DNA from: a virus
Taxonomy: Duplodnaviria > Caudoviricetes
Direction: 5' to 3' (one strand)
Virus record (IMG/VR): IMGVR_UViG_3300044728_000127
Span: 1-40,318 of that record
Length of the DNA stretch: 40,318 nucleotides
Position 1 is the first letter of the stretch. Each line of letters begins with the position of its first letter. This document shows, piece by piece, positions 1-9,073 of the stretch. Under the pieces are notes generated by a model. The model was given only the letters and a program-made list of their open reading frames with translations, did no database searches and was not told the origin of the DNA. Both the position numbers and the translations under genes were made by a program.

Positions 1-4
1 TGTC

Positions 5-130
5 AATTGTCGAACCTACCGGGGGCGAAGATGCACCAATTGACACGCCGCCTGTTGACCCTCGCGGCAATCGTGACGCGCTTGGTCGATTCACGAAGCC
101 CGATGGCACTCCGGCCCCTATTGTTCAGGC
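5..130. repeat. Terminal direct repeat, left copy (126 bp, assembly circularisation overlap)
   Basis: AATTGTCGAACC...GTTCAGGC at 5-130 is identical to 40193-40318 (offset 40188). Confidence 0.97.
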
Positions 131-1001
131 TCCGGTGCCGACTGATCCCCAGCAACAGGTGCTACCACCGGTAAACGAGCGTGCTCCGGTCAGTTGGAGT
201 CCTGCGGCGCGGGAGGAGTGGAAGAATCTTAGCCCGGTCGCTCGAGCCGAAGTCATGAAGCGCGAGTCGGAAATTCAGCGGACGATGAGTGAGTCCGCCG
301 ATGCTCGGAATATCGCCCAACAGGTTGTGGAAGTGATGCGACCGCACTTGGCGCGTGTTCAACAGAACGGCATGTCGCCCTTCCAGGCTATCGGGAATAT
401 CTTCCAGATCGAAGAGTCGCTCGCGGTCGGCTCGATGGCGGTGAAGGCGGCTACAATAGCCCAGCTGGTCAAGTCGTACAACATCGACATTCAGGCGCTG
501 GACAGCGCACTTGCTGGCGCTCCACTACCGGCTGACACGCAGGTTCAATCGCAGGTCCAGGAACTGCTACGTCGTGAAATGGCGCCGTTCCAGCAGATGA
601 TGCAACAGGCCCAGCAACGTCGGGCCAACATGCAACGCCAATACGAGGAGCAGGCGGCATCAGAGCTTGATACGTTCGCGGCGGACCCCAAGAATGAGTT
701 CTTGGATGACGTCAAGGACGCGATGGCCGACATTATCGAACTTGGGGTCAGGCGTGGCGTCGACATTTCTACTGCGGATGCTTACGCGCAAGCTTGCCAA
801 TTCGACCCCCGTGTGAAGGCGGTGATTGCATCGCGGAACACCAGGACCACTTCGATCAGCGCTGCGGCGGCTGCCCGTAAGGCTCGAGCCGCTGCCGTAA
901 GCATATCGGGGGCGCCGGTAATCGGGGATGACGTCACTAAGACGCCGGATCATCTTCGCGGGGCGATTGAAGCGGCAATGGAGGTCCATTCAACCCGTTG
1001 A
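6..1001 (+). CDS. Capsid scaffolding protein, 3' part (gene begins at ATG 40098 across the circular junction, ~363 aa total)
   Basis: In frame with ATG 40098 after collapsing the overlap; acidic/Pro N-terminus with RDxxGRF motif, coiled-coil body; lies between portal region and major capsid gene. Confidence 0.8.
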   Translation: MVEPTGGEDAPIDTPPVDPRGNRDALGRFTKPDGTPAPIVQAPVPTDPQQQVLPPVNERAPVSWSPAAREEWKNLSPVARAEVMKRESEIQRTMSESADARNIAQQVVEVMRPHLARVQQNGMSPFQAIGNIFQIEESLAVGSMAVKAATIAQLVKSYNIDIQALDSALAGAPLPADTQVQSQVQELLRREMAPFQQMMQQAQQRRANMQRQYEEQAASELDTFAADPKNEFLDDVKDAMADIIELGVRRGVDISTADAYAQACQFDPRVKAVIASRNTRTTSISAAAAARKARAAAVSISGAPVIGDDVTKTPDHLRGAIEAAMEVHSTR

Positions 1002-1015
1002 TCGACACGGGGGGG

Positions 1016-1044
1016 TTGACACGCCGCCTCCGGTGTGGTATACT
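1016..1044 (+). promoter_or_regulatory. sigma70-type promoter for capsid operon (TTGACA-17-TATACT, extended -10 TG)
   Basis: TTGACA 1016-1021, 17-bp spacer ending TGTGG, TATACT 1039-1044. Confidence 0.85.
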
Positions 1045-1049
1045 CCCCT

Positions 1050-1215
1050 GGTTCGGGTATTCGAGAACCCTTCGGGGCCATCTTAGATACCCAATGTGCT
1101 GAGCAACAGAACTTGTCTCACCGGCTTGAACCCATGAGGGCCATCAAGACCGGCGAAGGTACAGGCCATCGGTTGATCGGTGTAGAAGTGGAGTCGTCCC
1201 TTACATCCTTCAAGA
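1050..1215 (+). ncRNA. Candidate structured 5' leader of major capsid mRNA
   Basis: Nested stems GGGTAT/ATACCC, TGAG-CAA/TTG-T-CTCA and CCGG-CTTGA/TCAAG-A-CCGG; duplicated GAACCC-N4-GGGCCATC motif. Confidence 0.5.
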
Positions 1216-1224
1216 GGTATTACC

Positions 1225-2289
1225 ATGGCCTTCAAGCTCAACCGTATTGCCAAGGCAATCGGCGTCAAGATTCACGACGTACTGTTCACGTACCTTGCCA
1301 AGAACGGCATGGTCCTGGCAGCCTTTCCAAACGTTTCCGATATCGTCGCAACGACGATTCAGTCCCGCACTCGCAAGATTGCGGATAACGTCACCAAGAA
1401 CAATGCGCTGTACATGCGCCTTGATCAGCGTGGCAACCGCAAGCCCTTCAGCGGCGGTAACGTCATCTACCAGGAACTGAGCTTCGCTCAGAACGGTAAC
1501 GGCGGCTGGTACAGCGGGTACGACCTGCTGCCGATCGCCGCAAGCGACGTCATCAGTGCTGCCGAGTACAACATCAAGCAGCTGGCCTGCCCGGTCACGA
1601 TGAGCGGCCTGGAAACCATCCAGAACGCCGGCAAGGAGCAGATGATCGACCTGCTCGAAGGCCGCATCGGCGTCGCAGAAGCGACGATGGCGAACTTGAT
1701 GTCTGAAGGCATCTACAGCGATGGCACCACCTACGGTGGCAAGTCGCTGACGGGTCTGGCAGCTGCCGCGCCCGCACTGGCCCCCGCTTCGCAAACAACT
1801 GCTTACGGCGGTATCGTCGGCTCGACCTGGACCTTCTGGACCAGCAAGTACACGCTGACGGCGGCGCAGACTGCGGCGAATATCCAGGGCTTCATGAACA
1901 CCATGTGGGCATCCCTGGTCCGTGGAACCGACACGCCGGACTTGATCCCGATGGGCGACACCGCCTGGGGTGTTTACCTCGCCAGCCTGCAAGCGCAGCA
2001 ACGCTTCACTTCTCCGGAAGTGGGTGATCTGGGCTTTCCGACGGTGAAGTACATGCACGCCGACGTTGTGCTGGACGGCGGTATCGGCGGCTACTGCGAT
2101 GCCAAGACGATGTTCTTCCTCAACACGAAGTACATCTTCCTGCGTCCGCACTCGGCGCGTGACATGGTTGCCCTGGACCCGAAGAAGCGCTACGCCGTCA
2201 ACCAAGACGCCGAAGTGTCAATTCTGGCGTGGGCTGGCAATCTGACCACTTCGGGTCGCCAGTTCCAGGGCCGGTTGGTCGGCGCCTGA
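1225..2289 (+). CDS. Major capsid protein (HK97 fold)
   Basis: 354 aa; FPNVSDIVATTIQSR..IADNVTKNNAL N-terminal region and LAWAGNLTTSGRQFQG C-terminus typical of an environmental podovirus MCP family; AAGAGG RBS; follows scaffold. Confidence 0.9.
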   Translation: MAFKLNRIAKAIGVKIHDVLFTYLAKNGMVLAAFPNVSDIVATTIQSRTRKIADNVTKNNALYMRLDQRGNRKPFSGGNVIYQELSFAQNGNGGWYSGYDLLPIAASDVISAAEYNIKQLACPVTMSGLETIQNAGKEQMIDLLEGRIGVAEATMANLMSEGIYSDGTTYGGKSLTGLAAAAPALAPASQTTAYGGIVGSTWTFWTSKYTLTAAQTAANIQGFMNTMWASLVRGTDTPDLIPMGDTAWGVYLASLQAQQRFTSPEVGDLGFPTVKYMHADVVLDGGIGGYCDAKTMFFLNTKYIFLRPHSARDMVALDPKKRYAVNQDAEVSILAWAGNLTTSGRQFQGRLVGA

Positions 2290-2384
2290 TTCAACGGGGG
2301 GGCACTCCGTACCTTGCTGGTTGCCCGGAAGGGCGCGAAGCAGCGGGCCTTGCTCCCCCACCCTTACTCCCACAGGAGAAACAC

Positions 2385-2984
2385 ATGCCAGCAGGACTTC
2401 CGGGCAGTACATCTGTCCAAAACTTGGCGAATCCAAGCCTGGGCAACTTTGTCCTATTCGATCTATTGTCTGGCCCGAAGGGCTCGCCGAAGGATCGGGA
2501 CGTCGACATTGCCTACCTTGCCAGTCCCTCGTCCGCAGGAACGGCAAGTGGCAACGCTTCCACGGGTGCCCTTGCCACGGGCATCGGGTTCGGGTCGCCG
2601 CCCATTATCGGTGTGACGGCGCCGGCAAGCATTGCGGCTGCCGGATTCACCGACGACTACGTACCGGGCGTGACCAAGCCAGATGGTACAGCGTCAACCA
2701 CTTCGATCTACATGTACATTGGCGGCGGCAAGAGTGACGCCTACGGTGTATCTAGCCCGTACACTGCGGGCTACGGGATCGGTGGCGCTGGTCAAGGTGG
2801 TTCGCGTGACGCGGGTGCAGGTCCGGCTTACACTGGCTTCGTGACGAAGATGGTCACGGCGGCGGGCGCGGTTGCGATCGGCGCGGTTGTCGAAACTGGC
2901 TACTCGAATCGTTCGGGCGTTGCCCTGACGACCGGGCAATCGGTCTTCGGCTCGTTTGGCACTGCGAGCGCGGTACCGGCGTAA
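2385..2984 (+). CDS. Putative capsid decoration/minor virion protein (199 aa, Gly/Ala/Ser/Thr-rich)
   Basis: AGGAG RBS before ATG 2385; position directly after MCP; function inferred from synteny. Confidence 0.6.
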   Translation: MPAGLPGSTSVQNLANPSLGNFVLFDLLSGPKGSPKDRDVDIAYLASPSSAGTASGNASTGALATGIGFGSPPIIGVTAPASIAAAGFTDDYVPGVTKPDGTASTTSIYMYIGGGKSDAYGVSSPYTAGYGIGGAGQGGSRDAGAGPAYTGFVTKMVTAAGAVAIGAVVETGYSNRSGVALTTGQSVFGSFGTASAVPA

Positions 2985-3001
2985 CAGAACAGGCGGCGGC
3001 G

Positions 3002-3391
3002 ATGCTTATATCCGGTGTCTTGAAATTCGACCCGGAGGGTCGAATCATCGCGTCGTCCGACCCCCCCGTTGACTTCAACGGGGGGACACCTATTGCTGCT
3101 GATGGCGGACTTGCGGCGGCTGGCGGTGCTGCTGCGGAGTTGTATTTTGCATCCATCGGTTATCTCAACGATGGCACGCTTACCGACAGCACCAGCCCGC
3201 TGATCGGTCCTGGCCCGATCACAAACAGTGACGGGCAGATTCGCATCAGCAACGCCCTGCCCGCGTTCTACTACGCAGGCTTGCCGATTACGGCGGACGG
3301 GCGTTTGGCGATCAGCCCTGGCTCTGGCCCCCCGGTTGATCCGGGTGAATTCGACTTTGGCTTCGACAACAGCTTTGATATTGGAGTCTGA
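3002..3391 (+). CDS. Hypothetical virion protein with C-terminal FDFGFDNSFD motif
   Basis: 129-aa ORF in structural operon; aromatic/acidic C-terminal repeat. Confidence 0.6.
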   Translation: MLISGVLKFDPEGRIIASSDPPVDFNGGTPIAADGGLAAAGGAAAELYFASIGYLNDGTLTDSTSPLIGPGPITNSDGQIRISNALPAFYYAGLPITADGRLAISPGSGPPVDPGEFDFGFDNSFDIGV

Positions 3392-3393
3392 CC

Positions 3394-3963
3394 ATGCCCC
3401 GCCTGACCATAAACGCTCTTCGCGCCCAGGTTGGCGTCCTGCTGCCCGACAATATTACCCAGGACATTAGCGCCGCTGACGTGCGCGACATGTTCAAGGA
3501 CACGATCGACACCTATGCTCCAGGTTATGGTGCACTGTCGCAGCCGTTGGTGGTCTTACCGGCCCTGGGCATCACACCAGTGATTGTGCCCTTCGCAGCC
3601 GTGCTGGCTCAGACCGATGACTACGTGGCCAACGCCGCAGGTGGCACGATCCAGCGGCTGGCCAATGGTCTACCGTCCACCGTCAATCGGGTGTCCTTCT
3701 ACGCCGACGTAGCAGCGCCCTCGGGTAACGAGGTAGTCTTCAGCTTGTTCAGGGACGGAGTTGACATTCCTGGTGGTACAACGGTGAGTGGTCAGGGCGC
3801 AGGCAATCTGTCCCAGGCTGCTTTTAGTGTTGGTACTACTGCCGAAGATGCCCTGGACCACATTTACACGATCCGGGCCAGCAAGATCAGCGGGGGTGCT
3901 GACAACGTGGAAGTCTCCAACGCCCGATTTATCTTGGAGTACGTTCCGACCATCGGTATCTGA
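3394..3963 (+). CDS. Hypothetical virion/fibre-like protein
   Basis: 189 aa; N-terminal LPDNITQDISAADVR motif then beta-rich domain; GGAG RBS. Confidence 0.6.
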   Translation: MPRLTINALRAQVGVLLPDNITQDISAADVRDMFKDTIDTYAPGYGALSQPLVVLPALGITPVIVPFAAVLAQTDDYVANAAGGTIQRLANGLPSTVNRVSFYADVAAPSGNEVVFSLFRDGVDIPGGTTVSGQGAGNLSQAAFSVGTTAEDALDHIYTIRASKISGGADNVEVSNARFILEYVPTIGI

Positions 3964-4028
3964 ATCATGGTTGCCGGGCCATGCTCTTTTCCCGGCGAAA
4001 CACGCTTCGGCGTATAAGGAGAATCCAG

Positions 4029-4745
4029 ATGTTGACAGCACAAGAGGTCCAAGACCTTCAAAACCAGCAACCTCCAACCGATTGGGCGAAGTTCGACGTC
4101 GCCCTTGGGCAGGGGTATGGCGCCATTGGTGGTCCCGGTGGTCTGCCCCCAGGAATGGGGCCGGGCTTCGACGACAAGCTGCACGTGCATTTTTTCATGC
4201 GCCCGCAGATCGACGTTGAGCTGTCAACGAAGGAGAATCGCCCGATCTTCAAGAACATCCCGCACGTTACCATCATGATTCCGGGGGATAAGAACAACAT
4301 CCCCACGAGCATCGTGATGGACATTCACAAGAAGCGGTTTCCGGAGCACTGGAGACAGTTCTTGGCCGGTCAGGCCGAACAGCTTGTCGGCACGCCGCTC
4401 CATGTGGCGCCGTTCATGACCGAAACGATGGTCCAGGAGCTTGCCTACTTCAAGATTCGGACGGTCGAGCAGCTGGCCGGGATGCCGGATGGCAACATGA
4501 CCTTCATGGGCGCCCACCAGCTGAAGCAGCAGGCAATCGCCTACCTGGAGAAGTCCAAGGGTCTTGACGCCATGGCCGAGAAGATCGCGAACATGGAAAA
4601 GATGATGGAGCAGTTCAAGGCACAGGCCGACGCTGCCGAAGCCAAAGCTTTGTCGGCGATCCAGGCGCGGGAAGAAGCAATTGCCATGGTCGCGCAAGAG
4701 GCTCGAGCCAAGACGCCGGAAGCGGTCGCAACCGCGAAGAAGTAA
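4029..4745 (+). CDS. Conserved phage protein (GTPL...IRTVEQLA HhH-like motif, C-terminal coiled coil), 238 aa
   Basis: AAGGAG RBS before ATG 4029; motif recurrent between capsid and adaptor genes in this phage type. Confidence 0.65.
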   Translation: MLTAQEVQDLQNQQPPTDWAKFDVALGQGYGAIGGPGGLPPGMGPGFDDKLHVHFFMRPQIDVELSTKENRPIFKNIPHVTIMIPGDKNNIPTSIVMDIHKKRFPEHWRQFLAGQAEQLVGTPLHVAPFMTETMVQELAYFKIRTVEQLAGMPDGNMTFMGAHQLKQQAIAYLEKSKGLDAMAEKIANMEKMMEQFKAQADAAEAKALSAIQAREEAIAMVAQEARAKTPEAVATAKK

Positions 4746-4760
4746 GCTAGGAGCGACAAC

Positions 4761-5537
4761 ATGCCCTACCAGATCACGAACTACCAGTCGTTGGCGAATG
4801 TCATTCAGACTGTGTGTTCAATGTTGTCGCTGCCCATTCCAACTGACCCGGCTGGCAGCACAGACCCGAACGTCGTGATGATGATTACGGCGGCGAATCT
4901 GGCCAGCCTGGAAATGCTCAACGCCTACGAATGGTCTGCGCTGACCAAGCGGGGCGTCATCAATGTTGTGACGGTACTGCCGCCGACCCCAGGCGAAGCC
5001 GTCGAGCAGGCATACGACCTACCGGAAGACTTTTACCGTTTCATCGACCAGACGCAGTGGAATGACGCGATGCGCTTCCCGGCTGTCGGGCCGGTGTCGC
5101 CACAGGGCTGGCAGACTTACATGGTCTTCCCGATCAGCGCGAATTTCACGCTCACGTGGATGATCCGGCAACGGCAAATCTACTTCCTGAATCCTCCTGA
5201 GGCGCCGGGGCAGAATTTCAGCTTCATGTACTTGTCGCAGGCGCTTGTTCAGGATGCCGACGACACGACGCTGTACAAGAATGTTGCCAGTAAGAATGGC
5301 GACACCTTCCAGCTTGACGGCATCCTCATGTCGCTTATGACTCGGGTCAAGTGGCTCGAATCGAAGGGCTTCGACAGTAGCGCTGCGGTGCGCGACTTCT
5401 TGCTGGCATTTGACAGCCGGATCGGAGCGGAGAAGGGTGCCAACATCCTGAACATGGCCGGGAATCGTCACGGCTACCCGTATATTGGCATTGGAAATCT
5501 GCCTGAGGCGTCACTCTACGGAATGCGACAGAATTGA
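4761..5537 (+). CDS. Head-tail adaptor / tail tubular protein A-like
   Basis: 258 aa; helical N-terminus, YEWSAL and YDLPEDF motifs; position before nozzle gene. Confidence 0.7.
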   Translation: MPYQITNYQSLANVIQTVCSMLSLPIPTDPAGSTDPNVVMMITAANLASLEMLNAYEWSALTKRGVINVVTVLPPTPGEAVEQAYDLPEDFYRFIDQTQWNDAMRFPAVGPVSPQGWQTYMVFPISANFTLTWMIRQRQIYFLNPPEAPGQNFSFMYLSQALVQDADDTTLYKNVASKNGDTFQLDGILMSLMTRVKWLESKGFDSSAAVRDFLLAFDSRIGAEKGANILNMAGNRHGYPYIGIGNLPEASLYGMRQN

Positions 5538-5538
5538 A

Positions 5539-5778
5539 ATGGCTGTTACTCTTCCTCCTGGTTGGGCTATCGCCGCTTCGGTGGAGACTGTCCCAGACCC
5601 AAACGCAGCGACCGAACCTATCGCGGCGGGGCCGGGATTCGCCCGCTGGACTTACATCTGCACAGATGAAAATGGTCAATACGTTTGTGGCAGCGGGGCG
5701 GAGGAAGACTGTGAGGCGCAGGCCCTGACGGCGGCGCAATCCCGAGTCCAGCAGCAACCGTACGACGAGGCAATCTAA
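5539..5778 (+). CDS. Small hypothetical protein (79 aa, three Cys)
   Basis: Fills the gap between adaptor stop (5537) and the TAATG overlap at 5778. Confidence 0.55.
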   Translation: MAVTLPPGWAIAASVETVPDPNAATEPIAAGPGFARWTYICTDENGQYVCGSGAEEDCEAQALTAAQSRVQQQPYDEAI

Positions 5779-7418
5779 TGCCGCTGCAACAATACAGCCA
5801 CCCGCGTCGAACGACGCCGCGCCGGTCGAGCCAAACGCAGACCCATAGCGCGTTTCCGTTCCCCTCTCCAATGCAGGGGCTGGATACGGTGCAGCCGCTG
5901 CCGGGTGGAAGTCCTCTTACGGCGGTTCGGCTCGAGAACATTATCCCCCGTGCGTTCGGGTGTGCGCTTCGTCCTGGGTATCTGCGCCATGTGTCGAACA
6001 TGGGCCAGGAAATCCGCAGCCTTATGTCGTACTTCCCCGCTTTGGGGGACCCGAAGCTGTTCGCGGCAAGTTCCAATGGGGACGTCTACGACGTTACTAC
6101 AGCGCAGCTGTCAAGCTTCACGCCCACTGCGGTGATGACGACGACTGGTGCGTTTAATGGAGAGTTCACTTCGCTGAACTTTGTCAGCAGCGCAGGGATT
6201 CACTATCTTGTCATCGTCGGGCCAGACCTTGGATACTGGACCTTTGACGGCACCACATGGGTCGAACACGTATTGGGAGTCGGAGTTGGAGAAATCACCC
6301 CGGTTAACCCTCGTGACTTCGCCTATGTCACCGTCTACAAGGGGTCGCTCGTCTTTGTCGAGGAAAATTCAACAAGCGCGTGGTATCTCCCCTTCGGACA
6401 GATCGCCGGGACTGCGACCGAATTTGACTTTGGTGCTATGTTCCCCCACGGAGGGAAGCTCGAAGTCGTCCTCAACTGGACTTATGATGGTGGTGGCGGT
6501 ACTACCGGCATCGGTATGGATAACAAGCTGGTCATGGTATCAGACCAGGGTGATGTGCTTGTGTACAGCGGCGAAGATATCAACGTTGCTGGCGATTTCC
6601 ATGTGGAAGGCCGTTGGTACATTGGCCGAGTCCCTCCAGGGCGTCGATTCTCGGCACTCTACGCAACTGACTTGGCGTTACTATCGGAGCGTGGGCTGTG
6701 TTTCATGTCGGAACTCATGCGCGGGCAGGGGTTTCTTGAAAACGTAGGGCTGGCTCGCAAGATCAATTCGGAACTGTCAGCGCTCGTCCAGGCGCGGATT
6801 GATGCCAAATATTGGGAAGTGGTGTTCCTGCCATCGGAGCAGCTGATTGTCATCAATGTACCCGACTTCACGCGTACGTACATTCAGTTCGCCTACGAAG
6901 TCAACAACAAGGCGTGGTGCACGCTTCGGCGTATTCCAGCCCTGACGATCTACGCGTTCAACGGGAACACGTACTGTGGTGATTACGACGGGAACGTCTG
7001 GCAGTGTTTTGAGGGTCAGTCGGACGGTGCTATTGATGACGTCCCAGGGACTGATCTGACGGGAATCTGTGTTACTGCGTTCCAGCCGATGGGCGATGGC
7101 GTTCGCGTGAAGCGCTTCTTGATGGTGCGTCCATCCTTCCTCTCGAATTCGACGCCCGGTGTGATGGCGGAGTTGAATAGTGAATGGGACTTGACTGGCC
7201 CTTCAGCAGCCCCTCCATTCTTGTCAGCAGGTGAAAGTCTGTGGGACGTTGGATCGTGGGACGTTGCCGTTTGGTCTGGGACCGGCAGGTCATACGAATA
7301 CTGGATGGGCGCGACCGGATTTGGACGTTACGCAGCGCTGTCGCTTCAAGTGCGTGGCGCTGCGAACACGGTATTTGTGGGGTGGCAGGCGTTGGTGGAG
7401 CAGGGTGGCGTATTATGA
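5778..7418 (+). CDS. Tail nozzle / packaged-DNA stabilisation protein (P22 gp10 / T7 gp12-like beta-propeller)
   Basis: 546 aa, beta-rich; PSPMQGLD N-terminal motif and WDVGSWDVAVWS C-terminal motif. Confidence 0.75.
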   Translation: MPLQQYSHPRRTTPRRSSQTQTHSAFPFPSPMQGLDTVQPLPGGSPLTAVRLENIIPRAFGCALRPGYLRHVSNMGQEIRSLMSYFPALGDPKLFAASSNGDVYDVTTAQLSSFTPTAVMTTTGAFNGEFTSLNFVSSAGIHYLVIVGPDLGYWTFDGTTWVEHVLGVGVGEITPVNPRDFAYVTVYKGSLVFVEENSTSAWYLPFGQIAGTATEFDFGAMFPHGGKLEVVLNWTYDGGGGTTGIGMDNKLVMVSDQGDVLVYSGEDINVAGDFHVEGRWYIGRVPPGRRFSALYATDLALLSERGLCFMSELMRGQGFLENVGLARKINSELSALVQARIDAKYWEVVFLPSEQLIVINVPDFTRTYIQFAYEVNNKAWCTLRRIPALTIYAFNGNTYCGDYDGNVWQCFEGQSDGAIDDVPGTDLTGICVTAFQPMGDGVRVKRFLMVRPSFLSNSTPGVMAELNSEWDLTGPSAAPPFLSAGESLWDVGSWDVAVWSGTGRSYEYWMGATGFGRYAALSLQVRGAANTVFVGWQALVEQGGVL

Positions 7419-7837
7419 TCACAACCGCACACCAGGACTTTCTCGTGAAATGGCTGTGCGAGCGCATCGGCTACGTGCCGACGCCGCACATGAAGTGCAT
7501 CGCAAGTGTCAATGAAGACAACACGGTGCTCAAGGGTGTCGTCGGTTTCGATGGGTACAACGGCGCTAGCGTTATTGTTCACATGGCCGGTGACCACCCG
7601 CAATGGATTGATAAGCGGCTGATCTACGCGACATTCGACTACATCTTCAACACGCTGCAGTGCAATCAGCTGTTGGCGATGGTCCCAAGTGGGAATGACC
7701 GGGCGCTGGAAATCAACAAGAGATTCGGCCTGGAAGTTGTCATCGAGTTGGAGGGCGCGCACCCGGATGGGTCGTTGTTCGTTCTGCGCATGAAACGTGA
7801 AAACTGCAAGTGGCTGGTCCCACGCCTCAAGCACTAG
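7415..7837 (+). CDS. GNAT-fold acetyltransferase-like phage protein (140 aa)
   Basis: ATGA overlap with nozzle gene; F.YIF..LQC...VPSGNDRALEINKRFG motif resembles RimJ-type GNAT. Confidence 0.7.
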   Translation: MITTAHQDFLVKWLCERIGYVPTPHMKCIASVNEDNTVLKGVVGFDGYNGASVIVHMAGDHPQWIDKRLIYATFDYIFNTLQCNQLLAMVPSGNDRALEINKRFGLEVVIELEGAHPDGSLFVLRMKRENCKWLVPRLKH

Positions 7838-7846
7838 GAGATATTG

Positions 7847-9073
7847 ATGGGCAAGAAGTCCGCACCCCCTCCGCAAGACTATGCTGCCGCTGCGCAGCAG
7901 ACTGCTGCTTCTGAAAAGGCGGCGCAGACCACTGCGGATTGGGCAAATCGCCCGACCCAGGTGGACATGTATGGCAATACCACTTCGTGGTCTGCCGTGC
8001 CGGTCAAGGACCCGACAACGGGCTTGATGACGAACCAGTGGACGCAGCGCACTCAGCTGTCTCCGCAGCAACAGCAACAGCTGTACCAGCAGCAAGCGCT
8101 CGAATCTGGAATGATGAACCAAGCTGGGACTCAGCTTGGTCAGGTGCAGTCTGCTTACAGCAAGCCAATGGACACGAGCGGGCTTGCTCAGTGGGCGCAG
8201 GCACCCCAGGCCCAAAACCTCAACGCGAATGCTTATCAGACCGGTGGCGCTGGCCAGGGGATGATGCAAGGGATCAATACTGATCGGCTTGGTGGAATGA
8301 TGAGCCAGCTGAATACAGGGTCGCTTGGCAACATGCCCCAGGCCGACGCCCAGGAGCGGCAGCGTATTGAAAACGCGATGTTCGAGCGTATGGCGCCCCA
8401 GCATCAGCAATCCCAGCAAGCGCTCGAGGCGAAGCTCGGGAATATGGGTCTGACCCGTGGCTCTGAAGCCTGGAATCGCGAAATGCAGCGTATCGGGGAT
8501 CAACAATCCCGTGAGCGCTACAACGCCATGGAGGTTGGTGGGAACGAAATGCAGCGCTTACACGGCATGCAGATGCAGGGCCGTCAGCAGGGCTGGCAGG
8601 AATTGCTCGGCGCGGGCCAGTTCCAAAATCAGGCGCGGGAGCAGGGCTTCCAGGAACTTCTCAGCAAGGGCAACTTCGCGAACCAGGCCCAGCAGCAGGC
8701 GTTCAACCAGAACATGGGCGCGAATGTCCAGAACTTCGATATTGCGGCACGCGGCGGGGCGCAGAACTTCGACCAGCAGCAGCAGGCGGCGAACTTCCAG
8801 AATCAGCTGCGGCAGGCTCAATTCGGCGAGGCCGCGACGCTGCGGCAGCAGCCGATGGAGGAAATGAACGCTCTCTTGTATGGAAACAAGCTGTCTTCGC
8901 CAGAGTTCGCGCAATTCACGAACTCTAGGGCGGCGGGTGATGTTGACTACACGGGGGCGGCGAACGCGGCCTACAACCAGCAGGCTGATGCGTACAACGC
9001 GAAGCAGGCTCAACGGCAAGGGACCCAGGCGGCGGTCGGGACAATCGCTTCGGCGGCAATTATCGCATTCTGA
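7847..9073 (+). CDS. Gln-rich DNA ejection/pilot protein
   Basis: 408 aa; MGKKSAPPPQDY N-terminus, Q/N-rich helical repeats, hydrophobic C-terminal tail; AGGAG RBS. Confidence 0.7.
   Translation: MGKKSAPPPQDYAAAAQQTAASEKAAQTTADWANRPTQVDMYGNTTSWSAVPVKDPTTGLMTNQWTQRTQLSPQQQQQLYQQQALESGMMNQAGTQLGQVQSAYSKPMDTSGLAQWAQAPQAQNLNANAYQTGGAGQGMMQGINTDRLGGMMSQLNTGSLGNMPQADAQERQRIENAMFERMAPQHQQSQQALEAKLGNMGLTRGSEAWNREMQRIGDQQSRERYNAMEVGGNEMQRLHGMQMQGRQQGWQELLGAGQFQNQAREQGFQELLSKGNFANQAQQQAFNQNMGANVQNFDIAARGGAQNFDQQQQAANFQNQLRQAQFGEAATLRQQPMEEMNALLYGNKLSSPEFAQFTNSRAAGDVDYTGAANAAYNQQADAYNAKQAQRQGTQAAVGTIASAAIIAF

Noticed and set aside
40-71. TTGACACGCCGCCT inside the scaffold gene, identical to the start of the 1016 promoter
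   Set aside because: No -10 hexamer at 16-18 bp spacing and it lies within coding sequence; not called as a promoter
2229-2384. Possible -1 frameshift fusing MCP to the downstream protein (T7 gp10B-like), since that frame is open from 2229 and a GC-rich structure follows the MCP stop
   Set aside because: No X_XXY_YYZ slippery heptamer near the MCP end, and the downstream gene has its own AGGAG RBS at ATG 2385; open frames of this length are common at this GC content
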